Shown here: positions 28,901-41,209 of the stretch, in pieces | Layout: the number at the start of each line of letters is the position of its first letter | Position numbering within the stretch: position 1 is the stretch's first letter | From: Chitinophagales bacterium | GTDB lineage: Bacteria > Bacteroidota > Bacteroidia > Chitinophagales > JADJOU01 | Reading direction: 5' to 3' | Length of the DNA: 64,000 bases | Assembly (NCBI GenBank): GCA_044368655.1 | Contig: JBIPPB010000004.1 | Location: 566 to 64,565, forward strand | Notes under the pieces: model-generated | Seen by the model: the letters and a program-made list of their open reading frames with translations, nothing else | Databases searched by the model: none | What the model was told of the DNA's origin: nothing | Translations under genes and position numbers: made by a program

Positions 28901-31900
28901 AAATGATTGATAATTCGTTGTATGGAGAGCCTAATCCTTTAGCTGCTAATCAATATCGTATTCATATAAATAAAAGAGATTGGCTAACCACGAATATTGT
29001 AGCCACAGATACGAATACATATTATAAAATTGTTGGGACTTGTCTTTTTGATGGAAAAGAGTATCATTCGGATTCGTTATTAGTAAATGGAACACACAGT
29101 TTGCCTTATTGTGAGGATTGGAGTGGCGTTACCGTAAATAATGATCAAAAACCGCATTTCACAACCAATGAAATAGAAGTTCAGGCTGGTCGTTTTTCAC
29201 CTTGTCCAACTTGTTGGGGAAGTTATGGTTTAAATGGTTCTAGGCCATTCTTTTCGGGTAATTTTTCTCCATGGATAACAGGCGGAAATTATGTGCCTGG
29301 TGGAGGTCCTTTACCATTGTTAGGGCCTTATCCTGAAATCATTGATGCACAAATGACGGATTTTAAAGGTGGTTTGGTAAGTGGAGTTATCAATAGAGAC
29401 GCAACAATAAGTGTTCCTGATACAAACTTTAAAGTATTAATTTTCCCTGCTATTCGTTTTCATAAAAATAAACATTATCTTGTGTCTTTTCAATGGGCTG
29501 ATAATACAGCAAAGAATTTTGATGCATCTACAACATCTGTTTCAAATCCTCAAATGATTCGAAGGAATTCAAGAGATTTTAGTAACACCGATTCGGTATT
29601 CTTAATGGCAGTAAAAGGAGCAACTGCAATTGAAAATCCAGCTAATTTTACTAGAGCTCGCCGAGTTACAGATGTTGTAAGGAATATTTCATCGGTTGTA
29701 AATCAAATTGGAAAGGCAAGGTATCAATACCTTTCATGGATTTACTCACCTCCAGATACTGGAACATACTCCTTAGCGATAGCAATGAAGGTTGGAAGAC
29801 AAATTGATGGTGAATTTCATCGTATTATTCTAGATGATTTTTGTATTGATACGATTCCTGAATCACTAAAAGAACCTAATGAATTTATTGCGGATCCTTG
29901 TGCAGATAGCCCAGTATTTAAATCACCTTTATACTTAAATGTAATTCCAGAAGGAGTTCCATATCCATTTACGAATGCACCTCCAAGTGATAAATGGTGT
30001 AATGGAGAAGATATTGCATTTGCGTTAGGTTTAGATCATAAATTATTAAAAGATATTCCAATTTGGAAAAAAGGATGGAGGATGCAGTGGGAGTATACGG
30101 ATAATCCAAATATGCTCAATTGGTATCCAACGTCTTTAGGTGATACATTTAATTTTATAAAAATTAGATTAACAACCAAATATCGAAATTATCGTCTTAG
30201 GATGTATAATGATTGCGGAAAAGGAACTATAGTTGGTCCTTTAAACGTATTTCCATCTGGGGGTAATTTGCCTTTACAAGAAATGTTTGATATACGTCAA
30301 TCTTCAGGTTTTACGGTTCCTTGTTGGACCTCTTTTTCTACAAATATTAATCGATTAAATATACGTGAAAATGATCCTAATGATTTCCTTAGAAGACCAT
30401 TGACAAAAAAGAAATTAGTTGAGTTTGACTGGAAACCATCTACTCCAGGTAATGCGCGTCCTAATGAATTTACTTTAAAAACCCCAGCAATTAATCTTAA
30501 GAAAGATTCTACGTATCGAATCTCTTTTTGGTATCAAGATAATGGATATAGTAATACAATCGATTCCTTAAGATTAGGGTGGACTTATAATGTGAATTCA
30601 TTTGATATCAATGGTCCTAATAGACTTGTAAACATATTAACCGGAAATAATATTGTTAGAGATTATCAGAATGGTTTTTATAAATATTACACTGCAGAAC
30701 ACAAAGTTATGTTTAGTGTTAGTCCTCCAAGAACAGATAGTAATTTCTTTTATTTAATTAAAATGCATGATAATGAAGGAAATGGAAATACTTATTTTTA
30801 TACTACTAGTATAGAAAATGTTGAGGTAAAACCTAAATACGACAATGATTTGGTTGTGATTTCAATAGACTCTCCTATTATTGGATGTGGCGCTGAAGCA
30901 AATGGATTAGTTAAAGCTCAAGTTATGAATTTAGGTTCTTCAACACAATCAAACTTTACAGTTAGAGCTCGTGTGAACAAAGGTCTTGCTTCAAGTGCTG
31001 TTTATAATGGTTCACTATCTTCTAATCAAGTTGGAACTATTTATATTCCAAATGTTGATTTTGATATTACGACTGGAAGTAAATATTTGTCGGTTTTTAC
31101 TGATTTAGCTTCTGATCAAGATCGATGGGATGATACGTTAACAAGAGAAGTTTTTGATAATAAAAAACCAATTAAACCAACTGATAGCGGAGGCTTTTTC
31201 TGTATAAATCAAGATTTAAACTATAAAGTAAATGGTAATGGTTTAAATGTATTTTGGTATCATAAAGAGTTTGATGAATATCCTTTCCAAGTTTCAGATT
31301 CGATTCAAATTCCAAATTTCAGAAAAGATACTTCTTATTTTGCATCTACAAGTTGTTCTTATGGTAGTTTTATGAAACCATTTAATTTTGCATCGTTTAA
31401 TACTACTTTCGGAAATGAAAATAGAGGTATTTTATTTGATGTCAATACGCATAGAACGGTTCGATTAAGAACTGTGGATGTTTATGCTGAGTCTCAAGGA
31501 AATGGCGTCATTCGTTTGGTGCAATATGGTCAAACTTTATATCAAACAAATGCATCATTTACAAAATCAGGACTTAATAGAGTGTCTTTAGAATGGGATA
31601 TTGAACCGGGTACGGATTATCAGTTAATATATTTAGGCGGAGCAGGTAGCACTCGATTGATTAGAAGTTCTGTTGATGATGGTTATCTTGGTTATAAGGT
31701 TGATCTATCTGGAGCATGCTCGAATGATGGATCTGTATATAGTAAATCCGGAGTAAACGGTAATACCTATAATTATTTCTTTAACTGGCAGTTTTGGGTT
31801 GAAAGTTGTGAGTCAGAAAGATTAAAAGTTAATTTAAAATTAAAGCCTTCTCCAGTTGTGAATTTAAAAGATACATTCAGGATATGCTCAAAACCAAATT

Positions 31901-33735
31901 ACTTTTTGGAAGCTCCGTTGCCACCAACGGGTGACGCATTTACATATCTATGGAATAAAGATAATTCAATTGACCGAAAAGTACTTGTAAATCAAACGTT
32001 TAATTATATAGTTTCAGTTACAAATAGTGTTAATTGTACTACTGTAGATAGTACTAGAATTATTGTAGATCCTTCTCCAGATTTAAGGTTGCCGGATACG
32101 GTTCCATTCTGTAAAAATGTGGACACCTTAACGATTAATTCAGGTCTTTTGAAATCTCAAAATTCAATTGTATGGAGCGATGGTACTAGTGATTCATTTA
32201 TGAAAATTAGAATACCAGGTACTTATTTTGTTTATGCTTATAATTTGGTCAATTTCTGCCCATCTTATGATACTTTTGTTGTTAGATCAGTGGACCCACC
32301 CGTATTTACACTTGGTCAAGATCGAGTATTCTGTGGAGAAGAATTTAAGTTGCAGCCAAATATATCAGAAGCTGGAAAAACATTTACATTTGGAGGTCAA
32401 AAACCAATTTCGAATATTGGAACCATAAATACAAAAGGTAATCATCAATATTTTCTTCAAGTTAGAGATAATGCCACAAATTGTTATTTTTCAGACACAA
32501 TTATGGCTAATTTAGTTTCTAATCCAATTGTTAATTTAGGAAAAGATACCTTCTTATGTGGTCCTTCAACATTCTTAGTTTTAGGAGATAAATCATATCA
32601 AAATATTCCTGGATTTACGTATTCTTGGAATACGACTTCAACCCAAAGAAATGTAATAGTTTCTTTACCTGGTACTTATATTTTAAATGTAACTAATGCA
32701 TTTTATGGTTGTACAGGTGCTGATACGATTAATGTAACTCGAAGAAATTCTACAATTTTTAGTTTTGGAAATGATGTGGTTTTATGTGCAAATAGTTACA
32801 CGATTAATGCACCTTCTAATGTAATTGGTTCTGGGTTTAAATATACTTGGTCTAATGGTCAAACAACCCCTTCAATTACGGTTAGCCAATCGGGTAGATA
32901 TGCATTGACCGTTGATAATGGCTGTGGCGATGTGTTTTCAGATTTCATAAATGTTCAATTGGATAAAAGTGATACAGGCGCAATCCGAAAATTATTTATT
33001 TTACCAGATACGGTTTATGGATGTGGCAAGGCAGAATTAACAGCTATTTCGGATACAGTAGGCGCTAAAATCATATGGAGTACTAAAGACTCAATTAATA
33101 CTATTTTGGTAGATAAATCGCAGTCTGTATCTGTATCGGTATTTAATACTTGTGGGGCATTTACTAAATCTACAAGAGTTATTATGAGCACTCCACCAGT
33201 TGCTAATTTTACAATAACTAAGCCAATACCAGACGATGACTTTTTCTTATTATTTAATAACACAAGTTCTACAGACGGTAAGGTAATGTGGTATTTTGGT
33301 GACGGTGACTCTAGCTCCGATTATTTAACGGCACATCGTTATCTTGTTGAAGGTGAATATTTAGTAACTTTAGTTGTTAAAAATGCTTGCGGTCAAGCTT
33401 CTATCTCAAAATCAACTGGTTTGTTGAAGAAATTTAGAGACACCCCTCCAAGTTCTATTAACAATATTGCAAATTCAAAAACAATTGGCTTATATCCTAA
33501 TCCGGCGGATGCTACTACAAAATTATATGCATCCGGAATAACGAATGGAAAATATTTCATTACAATTACAAATGTACTTGGTCAAGCAATATTAAATCAA
33601 GAGGTAGTTGTGAGAAATAACAAGTTAGATGCAAATATTGAAACTAAGAATTTTGCAAATGGAGAGTATTTTGTTAATGTAATGGATGAGAAAGACATTA
33701 GTGCAATTAAAAAATTGCTAATCATTCATAAGTAA
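25945..33735 (+). CDS. Very large T9SS cargo protein: Cys-rich Ig-like repeats, three cleaved-adhesin-like beta-sandwiches, PKD, type A sorting domain
   Basis: Signal peptide. Repeated W(Q/E).S...YR...C units. Three TPA..L....Y..SF.....DD/EN domains. WYFGDG, LYPNPA...GEYFV...KKLLI. Confidence 0.85.
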   Translation: MKSLFKKFVLLNFILTIVSFEVSAQCPGMTGGVTSIKSKDCQQNKIVYRATGMTTGPDVEYLWQRLNLNVVGATWVNAGSNSDTLEAPANQHGFAYRLRVRCKLAPPIPDEFSTTIINRISTRKLSVEALACDSCYDVITPKVGGGFDTIVKCGMLKLKLKKDSTFNDDLFATNFTWNVSNNNGFTYAPITPYFINSKDSIFVPFESAMNIYAGYVSICPQPNAILDTSNKFWSNRVIVGLEEIKISLDETTKRCNTDSATLILTNVDTSLLSKLNISWEVSANKNGPFRRLLHIGDSLKIKVNKDSFYRAKIAFCGNTDTTIVGPFELITQIKTTNHYVECPTEVVVIDYSDRLKINDANIKVKWERKKGFSGNFLPYDDPQQNQLLKTQMLFNDTTIYRIVTMLCDNNPTSFDTILDTVILQTGSNNTTITPFTCPSDSITLTAGGNVPFFTNLNNIQSLWQIKTENDLAFRIIAPKTEAQILKYKMPTGWTSYRKATIICPVESCEGGTSFAGTVAKSYIPNKIIGQITSCAADLVLKAIDDTVRFEDLNGKINVPGPFTYIWQTSSQYQGPYTDIAGQIGKEMIVPPAGISSFYRRIVRLCPASINTYISNVSNITIPNPTSRSGKAQVLDEVCLDKTVGIGIVNATPRVGNPTYMWQVSDDNIKFNTYFAAQANSASTLAKTLVQFKYYRRITLWCDDNGTLIAVDSSESVPLSYVQSLPWCDGFSNQVNFGENRLFSCFSHHKASCNTLGAKLPIYSNARTGRQGAGYTHQNPVNPPGPSDKVSDGKFVTPAFRLEKGKTYRFSFWHRETGAQLGWDSLYCVAGSINSACDLTEKIGHVNVNFRFDQWNRHHSDFTPCSTDVYYFGIVYRETQATRANISFDDICVKEVKRCDDNTPTNGSAFAPSKIIDRPEQKMDYEKYEVTHQYCIGDTIMITYEPSVFGAQTATGTNQFDYSGMVYQFYRKRMDPDFNITDSTFSKMIDNSLYGEPNPLAANQYRIHINKRDWLTTNIVATDTNTYYKIVGTCLFDGKEYHSDSLLVNGTHSLPYCEDWSGVTVNNDQKPHFTTNEIEVQAGRFSPCPTCWGSYGLNGSRPFFSGNFSPWITGGNYVPGGGPLPLLGPYPEIIDAQMTDFKGGLVSGVINRDATISVPDTNFKVLIFPAIRFHKNKHYLVSFQWADNTAKNFDASTTSVSNPQMIRRNSRDFSNTDSVFLMAVKGATAIENPANFTRARRVTDVVRNISSVVNQIGKARYQYLSWIYSPPDTGTYSLAIAMKVGRQIDGEFHRIILDDFCIDTIPESLKEPNEFIADPCADSPVFKSPLYLNVIPEGVPYPFTNAPPSDKWCNGEDIAFALGLDHKLLKDIPIWKKGWRMQWEYTDNPNMLNWYPTSLGDTFNFIKIRLTTKYRNYRLRMYNDCGKGTIVGPLNVFPSGGNLPLQEMFDIRQSSGFTVPCWTSFSTNINRLNIRENDPNDFLRRPLTKKKLVEFDWKPSTPGNARPNEFTLKTPAINLKKDSTYRISFWYQDNGYSNTIDSLRLGWTYNVNSFDINGPNRLVNILTGNNIVRDYQNGFYKYYTAEHKVMFSVSPPRTDSNFFYLIKMHDNEGNGNTYFYTTSIENVEVKPKYDNDLVVISIDSPIIGCGAEANGLVKAQVMNLGSSTQSNFTVRARVNKGLASSAVYNGSLSSNQVGTIYIPNVDFDITTGSKYLSVFTDLASDQDRWDDTLTREVFDNKKPIKPTDSGGFFCINQDLNYKVNGNGLNVFWYHKEFDEYPFQVSDSIQIPNFRKDTSYFASTSCSYGSFMKPFNFASFNTTFGNENRGILFDVNTHRTVRLRTVDVYAESQGNGVIRLVQYGQTLYQTNASFTKSGLNRVSLEWDIEPGTDYQLIYLGGAGSTRLIRSSVDDGYLGYKVDLSGACSNDGSVYSKSGVNGNTYNYFFNWQFWVESCESERLKVNLKLKPSPVVNLKDTFRICSKPNYFLEAPLPPTGDAFTYLWNKDNSIDRKVLVNQTFNYIVSVTNSVNCTTVDSTRIIVDPSPDLRLPDTVPFCKNVDTLTINSGLLKSQNSIVWSDGTSDSFMKIRIPGTYFVYAYNLVNFCPSYDTFVVRSVDPPVFTLGQDRVFCGEEFKLQPNISEAGKTFTFGGQKPISNIGTINTKGNHQYFLQVRDNATNCYFSDTIMANLVSNPIVNLGKDTFLCGPSTFLVLGDKSYQNIPGFTYSWNTTSTQRNVIVSLPGTYILNVTNAFYGCTGADTINVTRRNSTIFSFGNDVVLCANSYTINAPSNVIGSGFKYTWSNGQTTPSITVSQSGRYALTVDNGCGDVFSDFINVQLDKSDTGAIRKLFILPDTVYGCGKAELTAISDTVGAKIIWSTKDSINTILVDKSQSVSVSVFNTCGAFTKSTRVIMSTPPVANFTITKPIPDDDFFLLFNNTSSTDGKVMWYFGDGDSSSDYLTAHRYLVEGEYLVTLVVKNACGQASISKSTGLLKKFRDTPPSSINNIANSKTIGLYPNPADATTKLYASGITNGKYFITITNVLGQAILNQEVVVRNNKLDANIETKNFANGEYFVNVMDEKDISAIKKLLIIHK

Positions 33736-33752
33736 CCGTTTTTTTAACTTTT

Positions 33753-33790
33753 AAATGGGTGTAATTTATTAATTACACCCATTTTTATTT
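33753..33790 (+). terminator. Intrinsic terminator after the T9SS cargo pair
   Basis: 14-bp perfect stem AAATGGGTGTAATT-TATT-AATTACACCCATTT followed by a T-rich tail. Confidence 0.8.
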
Positions 33791-33799
33791 AATAATTAT

Positions 33800-34510
33800 A
33801 TGATTTCTATTCTTTTTGAAGATGAACATGTTGTAGCAGTAAATAAACCATCAGGTGTTTTATCTATTAAAGACCGTTTGGGTATAGAAAAAAATTTATA
33901 TGATACGCTAAAAATAAATTATCCTGAGCTGTATTTGATTCATCGTATCGATCGAGAAACTTCGGGGCTTCTTTTATTTGCCAAAAGCAAAGAGTCTCAA
34001 AAAAGATTTTCTTTTTTATTCGAAAATCATCATATTGTAAAAATTTATCATGCCATCGTGCAAGGTCGACCTAGTTTGGATGAAGGAATGATTGAAAATT
34101 ATATTCAAGAAAATCCACAAAAGCCTGGCTCTTATCGTGTAGGAAATCAAAAAGGAAAGCTTGCCATTAGTTTTTTTAAATGCTTAGAGGTCTATAAAAG
34201 ACATAGTCTAGTTGGTTTTGATATTCGAACAGGACGAACCCATCAAATTCGTGTTCATGCCTCTCATATTGGCGTGCCTCTTGCTTATGACCCATTATAT
34301 AATTTGAATTCAGGGATTTTTGTGTCTTCATTAAAACCAAAATTTAAATCTAAGATAGATCAAGAAGAACGTTCAATAATCCAAAGACTTTCTTTACATG
34401 CTTTTTCAATTCATTTAGTTCACCCATTTACTGAAAAAGAGCTTTATGTCGAGGCGCCGCATCCTATAGATTTTTCTAAAACTATAGATATATTAAGAAA
34501 ATATTCATAA
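33800..34510 (+). CDS. RluA family pseudouridine synthase
   Basis: VNKPSG, HRIDRETSG (catalytic Asp), TGRTHQIRVH, LHA. Confidence 0.92.
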   Translation: MISILFEDEHVVAVNKPSGVLSIKDRLGIEKNLYDTLKINYPELYLIHRIDRETSGLLLFAKSKESQKRFSFLFENHHIVKIYHAIVQGRPSLDEGMIENYIQENPQKPGSYRVGNQKGKLAISFFKCLEVYKRHSLVGFDIRTGRTHQIRVHASHIGVPLAYDPLYNLNSGIFVSSLKPKFKSKIDQEERSIIQRLSLHAFSIHLVHPFTEKELYVEAPHPIDFSKTIDILRKYS

Positions 34511-34528
34511 TTAAATATAAACCTAATT

Positions 34529-35746
34529 TTGATTAAACGTCTAAAAGTTCCATTTTTTTTTGCTATTAAGTATATTTTCCTAAAAAAAAATAATAGGGCA
34601 ATAAACATTTTAAGTTTAGTCACCATGTTATCAATGGCTGTTGGTTCTATGGCTATGATAATCGTAATGTCTGTCTTTAATGGCTTTGAAACATTAGCAA
34701 TAAATTTGTATGAAAGTTTCGAACCCCAGTTGTCTATTACCCCATCCAAAGGAAAAGTTGTTCATATTGATAATTTTTTAATAGATAAAATTAAAGCTAC
34801 TGAAGGTGTCGAAAATGTGTCTTTAATTTTGGAGTCAAAAGCGTATTTTAAGTATAGAGATAAAGAGACCATTGCAATATTAAAAGGTGTAGAACCTTCG
34901 TATTTTAAAACAAATAAAATTTCGGAATTTTTAATAGTTGGCGATACATTATTAGAAGACGCGAATAATTCTTATGCAATGTTAGGCCTTAATATTGCCG
35001 AAAAACTTCAAATAAAAGTGGATGATCCATTTGAATCTTTAGCTGTTTACGTGCCCAAATCAAGTCAACAAGTTGGAATTGCGGGTGACATGCCTTTCGA
35101 ACATTCCTATATTTCTCCAAGAAGCGTATTTAGTGTATATCAAGAATATGATGAAAAATATGTCATTGTTCCGATTTCATTTGTTCAATATCTTACTGGA
35201 AATTCAGACTTCTCAATTTCTTCAATAGAAATTTCAATAAATCAAAGTGAAGCACTTGTGAAAGATAGGCTTTCTAAAATTCTGAAAAATAAATGGAAAA
35301 TTAGTAATCGATTAGAGAAAAATGAAACACTTTACAAGTTGACAAAAGTTGAAAAAATGATAACGTATTTGGTTATGGGATTTATTTTATTCATTTTATC
35401 ACTAAATTTTATCGGTTCTTTAACCATGCATTTTTTAGAAAAACAGAAAGATTTAAAAGTACTCTTATATCTTGGTATCAATAGACTTCAAATACAACGT
35501 ATTTATTTACTCATTGGTTTTTTGCAGTCTTTTGTTGGGGGTGTTTTAGGTTTATTATTTGGTGTTTTGGTTTTAGTTGTCCAATATTTTTTTGAAATAA
35601 TTAAAATGCCTGGTAGTGGCACGTTTGTGATTTCGGCATATCCTGTAGAAATTCGAATTTTGGATATTTTTTTCATTTTATTTTTAGTAGTATTAATTTC
35701 GTTTTTAATGGCATTATGGCCGGCTTATCGAGCAAAAAATGTTTAA
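34529..35746 (+). CDS. LolC/E-like ABC transporter permease (FtsX/MacB family)
   Basis: MSVFNGF after TM1, large periplasmic domain, three C-terminal TMs, AYPV, WPAYRA. Confidence 0.82.
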   Translation: MIKRLKVPFFFAIKYIFLKKNNRAINILSLVTMLSMAVGSMAMIIVMSVFNGFETLAINLYESFEPQLSITPSKGKVVHIDNFLIDKIKATEGVENVSLILESKAYFKYRDKETIAILKGVEPSYFKTNKISEFLIVGDTLLEDANNSYAMLGLNIAEKLQIKVDDPFESLAVYVPKSSQQVGIAGDMPFEHSYISPRSVFSVYQEYDEKYVIVPISFVQYLTGNSDFSISSIEISINQSEALVKDRLSKILKNKWKISNRLEKNETLYKLTKVEKMITYLVMGFILFILSLNFIGSLTMHFLEKQKDLKVLLYLGINRLQIQRIYLLIGFLQSFVGGVLGLLFGVLVLVVQYFFEIIKMPGSGTFVISAYPVEIRILDIFFILFLVVLISFLMALWPAYRAKNV

Positions 35747-35751
35747 TTTAA

Positions 35752-36636
35752 ATGAATAGAAAAGTTGCTTTAATTGTAAAGAGTAAAAGTAATGTCGATT
35801 TTATTATTGAATATTTTTCTCAAAATAGTATTGATGTAAATTATTTCCGTATTTCTAAAGATACAAATCCTCAAGAACTGATTTTAGATTTGGAAAGTAA
35901 GCGCATTCTTGAAATAGTACTTATGGGAGGTGATGGAACGTTACATTTTTGGATCAATCAATTCATGAAGTATGCGACGGATTTTAGTAGTTATAAATTT
36001 GGGATTTTACCTTTTGGTACAGGAAATGACTGGGTAAAAATGCATTATGGAAAACAAGCTAGTATAAATCAAATTCTTGAAATAATAGTAAAGGGAGATT
36101 TTCGTTATCAAGATATTGGGTTTGTTTCGTCTAGAAATAATACAGACCCTTTTTATTTTATAAATGTATGTGGAATTGGTTTTAATGGTTATGTTATTGA
36201 GAATTTAAAGTATTTTAAATTTTTAGGATCCATCTCGTATTTTATTTCTGTTTTATATAGTTTTTGGACTTTTAAGTCCAAAAATTTAAAGTTAAATTGT
36301 AATAAATTGCAATGGGATGATAAAATATTTATGGTTTCAATAGCAATAAATCAATATGCCGGAGGCGGCATGAAAATTGCACCAAATGCGATATGTAATG
36401 ATGGATTATTTGACGTAATGGTTATTTCGAAAATTTCTATAACGGACTTGTTTAAAAATATTTTTAAATTAAATAGTGGAAATTTTGTTAAGAATATCAG
36501 TATGCATCATTTTAGAACTTCAAATTTATTTATTGAAAACCAAAATAACTTAATTTTTGAGGCAGACGGAGAAGCATATGAGAATAGATTTTATTCTATT
36601 TCAACACATTCTCAAAAGCTTTGTTTCTATAATTAA
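35752..36636 (+). CDS. Diacylglycerol/lipid kinase family protein (YegS-like)
   Basis: GGDGT, LPFGTGND, F.N..GIGF, YAGGG...AP.A..NDG, DGE. Confidence 0.88.
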   Translation: MNRKVALIVKSKSNVDFIIEYFSQNSIDVNYFRISKDTNPQELILDLESKRILEIVLMGGDGTLHFWINQFMKYATDFSSYKFGILPFGTGNDWVKMHYGKQASINQILEIIVKGDFRYQDIGFVSSRNNTDPFYFINVCGIGFNGYVIENLKYFKFLGSISYFISVLYSFWTFKSKNLKLNCNKLQWDDKIFMVSIAINQYAGGGMKIAPNAICNDGLFDVMVISKISITDLFKNIFKLNSGNFVKNISMHHFRTSNLFIENQNNLIFEADGEAYENRFYSISTHSQKLCFYN

Positions 36637-36698
36637 ATCAAGCTATAAGGAATTGGTTTCTATTAACTTTTTTTTCAATAAAATCAACTTATTTTTTG

Positions 36699-36706
36699 TA
36701 TCTTTG
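36699..36706 (+). promoter_or_regulatory. -7 promoter element upstream of gyrB
   Basis: TATCTTTG matches TAnnTTTG. Confidence 0.55.
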
Positions 36707-36749
36707 TATCTTTTATAAAGCAAAAATATAAGTTTTAATTTTCAATTAA

Positions 36750-38726
<1,977 letters not shown>

Positions 38727-38757
38727 AATAATTATAAAATTCTAAAATTCATTTGAT

Positions 38758-39132
38758 TTGTCTAATAAAAAAACACAAGAATTAACACTTAAAAAAGTAC
38801 AAGCTATAATTACCTCTCTTGATGACCGAAAAGCTCAAGAAGTTGTTTCGATAGATTTAAGAAATAATGAAGACGCACCTGTAGATTTTATAATTGTTTG
38901 TCATGGTGATAGTACCACCCAAGTAGACGCCTTTGCATCTAATTTGTCAAAAGACTTTCAAGAAATATTTGGAGAAAAACCTTTTCGAATAGAAGGGAAA
39001 TCCAATGCACTATGGGTTATCGTTGATTACATCGATATTGTGGTTCATATTTTTCATAAAGAATTAAGAGACTTTTATTCTATTGAGGATTTATGGTCGG
39101 ATAGTCAACAAAAATTACATAATACGATTTAA
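38758..39132 (+). CDS. rsfS: Ribosome silencing factor
   Basis: KA..V..IDL, W...DY.DIVVH.F....R.FY.IE.LW. Confidence 0.92.
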   Translation: MSNKKTQELTLKKVQAIITSLDDRKAQEVVSIDLRNNEDAPVDFIIVCHGDSTTQVDAFASNLSKDFQEIFGEKPFRIEGKSNALWVIVDYIDIVVHIFHKELRDFYSIEDLWSDSQQKLHNTI

Positions 39133-39144
39133 AAAAAAGATATA

Positions 39145-41202
39145 ATGAGTAACGAACAAAGTAATCCTGAAAAAGATATAAACAATCCAATCGATCCTCC
39201 AAAAAAAATAAATAAAATACCTGCTACCGCAAATAATAATGGTCCAAGTTATTTTTGGATTTATTTAGCATTAATTCTTGTAATTGGTTTTACCTTCTAC
39301 TCTAATTATTTTGAGCAAGCCAATGTAACTGAAATTAGTAGAATTAAATTCGATAATTTATATCGAAGCGGCGATGTTGAAAAAATTATAACTTCCAACA
39401 GCGAACGCGCATTTGTATATATTAAAAAAGAATCTTTAAAGAAAGAAGAGTTTCAAAAGATTAAGAAAAATCAAACAACAATTAATCAAGGTGAGCAGCC
39501 CGTATATTTTTTCAGAATATATTCAAATGCGGGTCTAGATAAACATATTAAAGAAGTTCGAGATCGATATCAATTAGAGGACTTAACCATGGTTCCTAAA
39601 ACCGAAACCAACGGTTTTATGAGTATTTTATCGATGATTTTACCTGCTTTGGTATTTGTAGGTTTATGGTACCTAATAATGCGTCGAATGGGCGGCGGCG
39701 GAGGAGGCTTTCCTGGTGGTGGAATTTTTAGTATTGGTAAATCAAAAGCGGCATTATTTGATGAAAATAGTTTAGATCAAATAACGTTTGAACAAGTTGC
39801 TGGCTTGGATGAAGAAAAAGTCGAAGTTATGGAAATCGTGAATTTCTTAAAAGATCCAGGCAAATATACTAAATTAGGCGGTAAAATACCTAAAGGTGCT
39901 TTATTAGTTGGCCCTCCAGGTACTGGTAAAACCTTATTAGCCAAGGCGATGGCTGGTGAAGCTAAAGTTCCGTTTTTCAGTATTTCCGGTTCCGATTTTG
40001 TGGAAATGTTTGTTGGAGTAGGAGCGAGTAGAGTTCGTGATTTGTTTAGACAAGCTCGTGAAAAAGCACCTTGTATAGTTTTTATTGATGAAATTGATGC
40101 GGTAGGTCGCTCTAGAAATAAAGGAATGATGGGCGGAGGAAATGATGAAAGAGAAAGTACTTTAAATCAGTTGTTGGTAGAAATGGATGGTTTTGGTTCG
40201 GATAAAGCCATAATTATGCTAGCTGCTACGAATAGACCCGAAATACTTGATGATGCACTTTTAAGACCAGGTCGTTTTGATCGTCAAATTCATATTGATC
40301 GTCCTGATTTAAAAGGAAGAGAACAAATATTTAATGTGCATTTAAAGCCCATTAAAACGGGTACTGATGTGGATCCTCAAAAACTTTCAGAGCTAACTCC
40401 AGGAATGGTTGGTGCTGATATTGCAAATATTTGTAATGAAGCTGCTTTGGTTGCTGCTCGAAAAAACAAAGAAGAGGTTAATATGCAAGACTTTAATGAC
40501 GCTATAGATCGCGTTACCACAGGTCTTGAAAAGAAAAATATGATTATTTCTCCTGAAGAGAAAAAGTCAATTGCCTATCATGAAGCGGGGCATGCACTTA
40601 CAAGTTGGTATCTAGAACATGCACATCCATTTATTCGTGTTACGATTATTCCTAGAAGTGAATCTTTGGGTCATGCATTGTATTTGCCAAAAGAAAAATA
40701 TTTAACGATTAAAGAAGAGTTAGCTGATAGAATATGCGTTTCGCTTGGTGGAAGAGCGGCAGAAAAAATTATTTTTAATCAGATTTCAACGGGTGCTCTT
40801 AGTGATTTAGATCATGTAACTCAAATTGCCTATTCTATGGTTACTGTATACGGAATGAGCGAAAAAGTAGGCAATGTTTCATTTTATCGAATGGCACAAC
40901 AATCTTATGAGAAGCCGTATTCTGCTGAAACAAGCCGTTTAATTGATGAGGAAGTTCGTGCTATAATCGATGAGCAATATCAAAGAGCGATTGACTTATT
41001 AAATAGTAAAAAGTCGGAATTGGATTTATTAGCAAAAGAATTATTAGAAAAAGAAGTTCTTCATAAAGATGATTTAATAAAATTATTTGGTAAAAGACCT
41101 TGGGATGAGGAGCGTGAAAAAGAAGTAGCTCATCATGAAGCTCCATCAGATGATACACTCTTGCCTAATGAAGTTACTTCGGAAGAAGATGCACTAAAAT
41201 AA
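39145..41202 (+). CDS. ftsH: ATP-dependent zinc metalloprotease FtsH
   Basis: Two TMs, [27 protein letters not shown]. Confidence 0.96.
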   Translation: MSNEQSNPEKDINNPIDPPKKINKIPATANNNGPSYFWIYLALILVIGFTFYSNYFEQANVTEISRIKFDNLYRSGDVEKIITSNSERAFVYIKKESLKKEEFQKIKKNQTTINQGEQPVYFFRIYSNAGLDKHIKEVRDRYQLEDLTMVPKTETNGFMSILSMILPALVFVGLWYLIMRRMGGGGGGFPGGGIFSIGKSKAALFDENSLDQITFEQVAGLDEEKVEVMEIVNFLKDPGKYTKLGGKIPKGALLVGPPGTGKTLLAKAMAGEAKVPFFSISGSDFVEMFVGVGASRVRDLFRQAREKAPCIVFIDEIDAVGRSRNKGMMGGGNDERESTLNQLLVEMDGFGSDKAIIMLAATNRPEILDDALLRPGRFDRQIHIDRPDLKGREQIFNVHLKPIKTGTDVDPQKLSELTPGMVGADIANICNEAALVAARKNKEEVNMQDFNDAIDRVTTGLEKKNMIISPEEKKSIAYHEAGHALTSWYLEHAHPFIRVTIIPRSESLGHALYLPKEKYLTIKEELADRICVSLGGRAAEKIIFNQISTGALSDLDHVTQIAYSMVTVYGMSEKVGNVSFYRMAQQSYEKPYSAETSRLIDEEVRAIIDEQYQRAIDLLNSKKSELDLLAKELLEKEVLHKDDLIKLFGKRPWDEEREKEVAHHEAPSDDTLLPNEVTSEEDALK

Positions 41203-41209
41203 TTTTTAA

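Noticed and set aside
20563..33790. Genomic island integrated at tRNA-His carrying the giant genes
   Set aside because: No integrase, and no duplicated tRNA 3' end seen at the right boundary.
39691..39723. GGC/GGA repeat in ftsH as a contingency locus
   Set aside because: It encodes the usual Gly-rich linker after TM2, with mixed codons.
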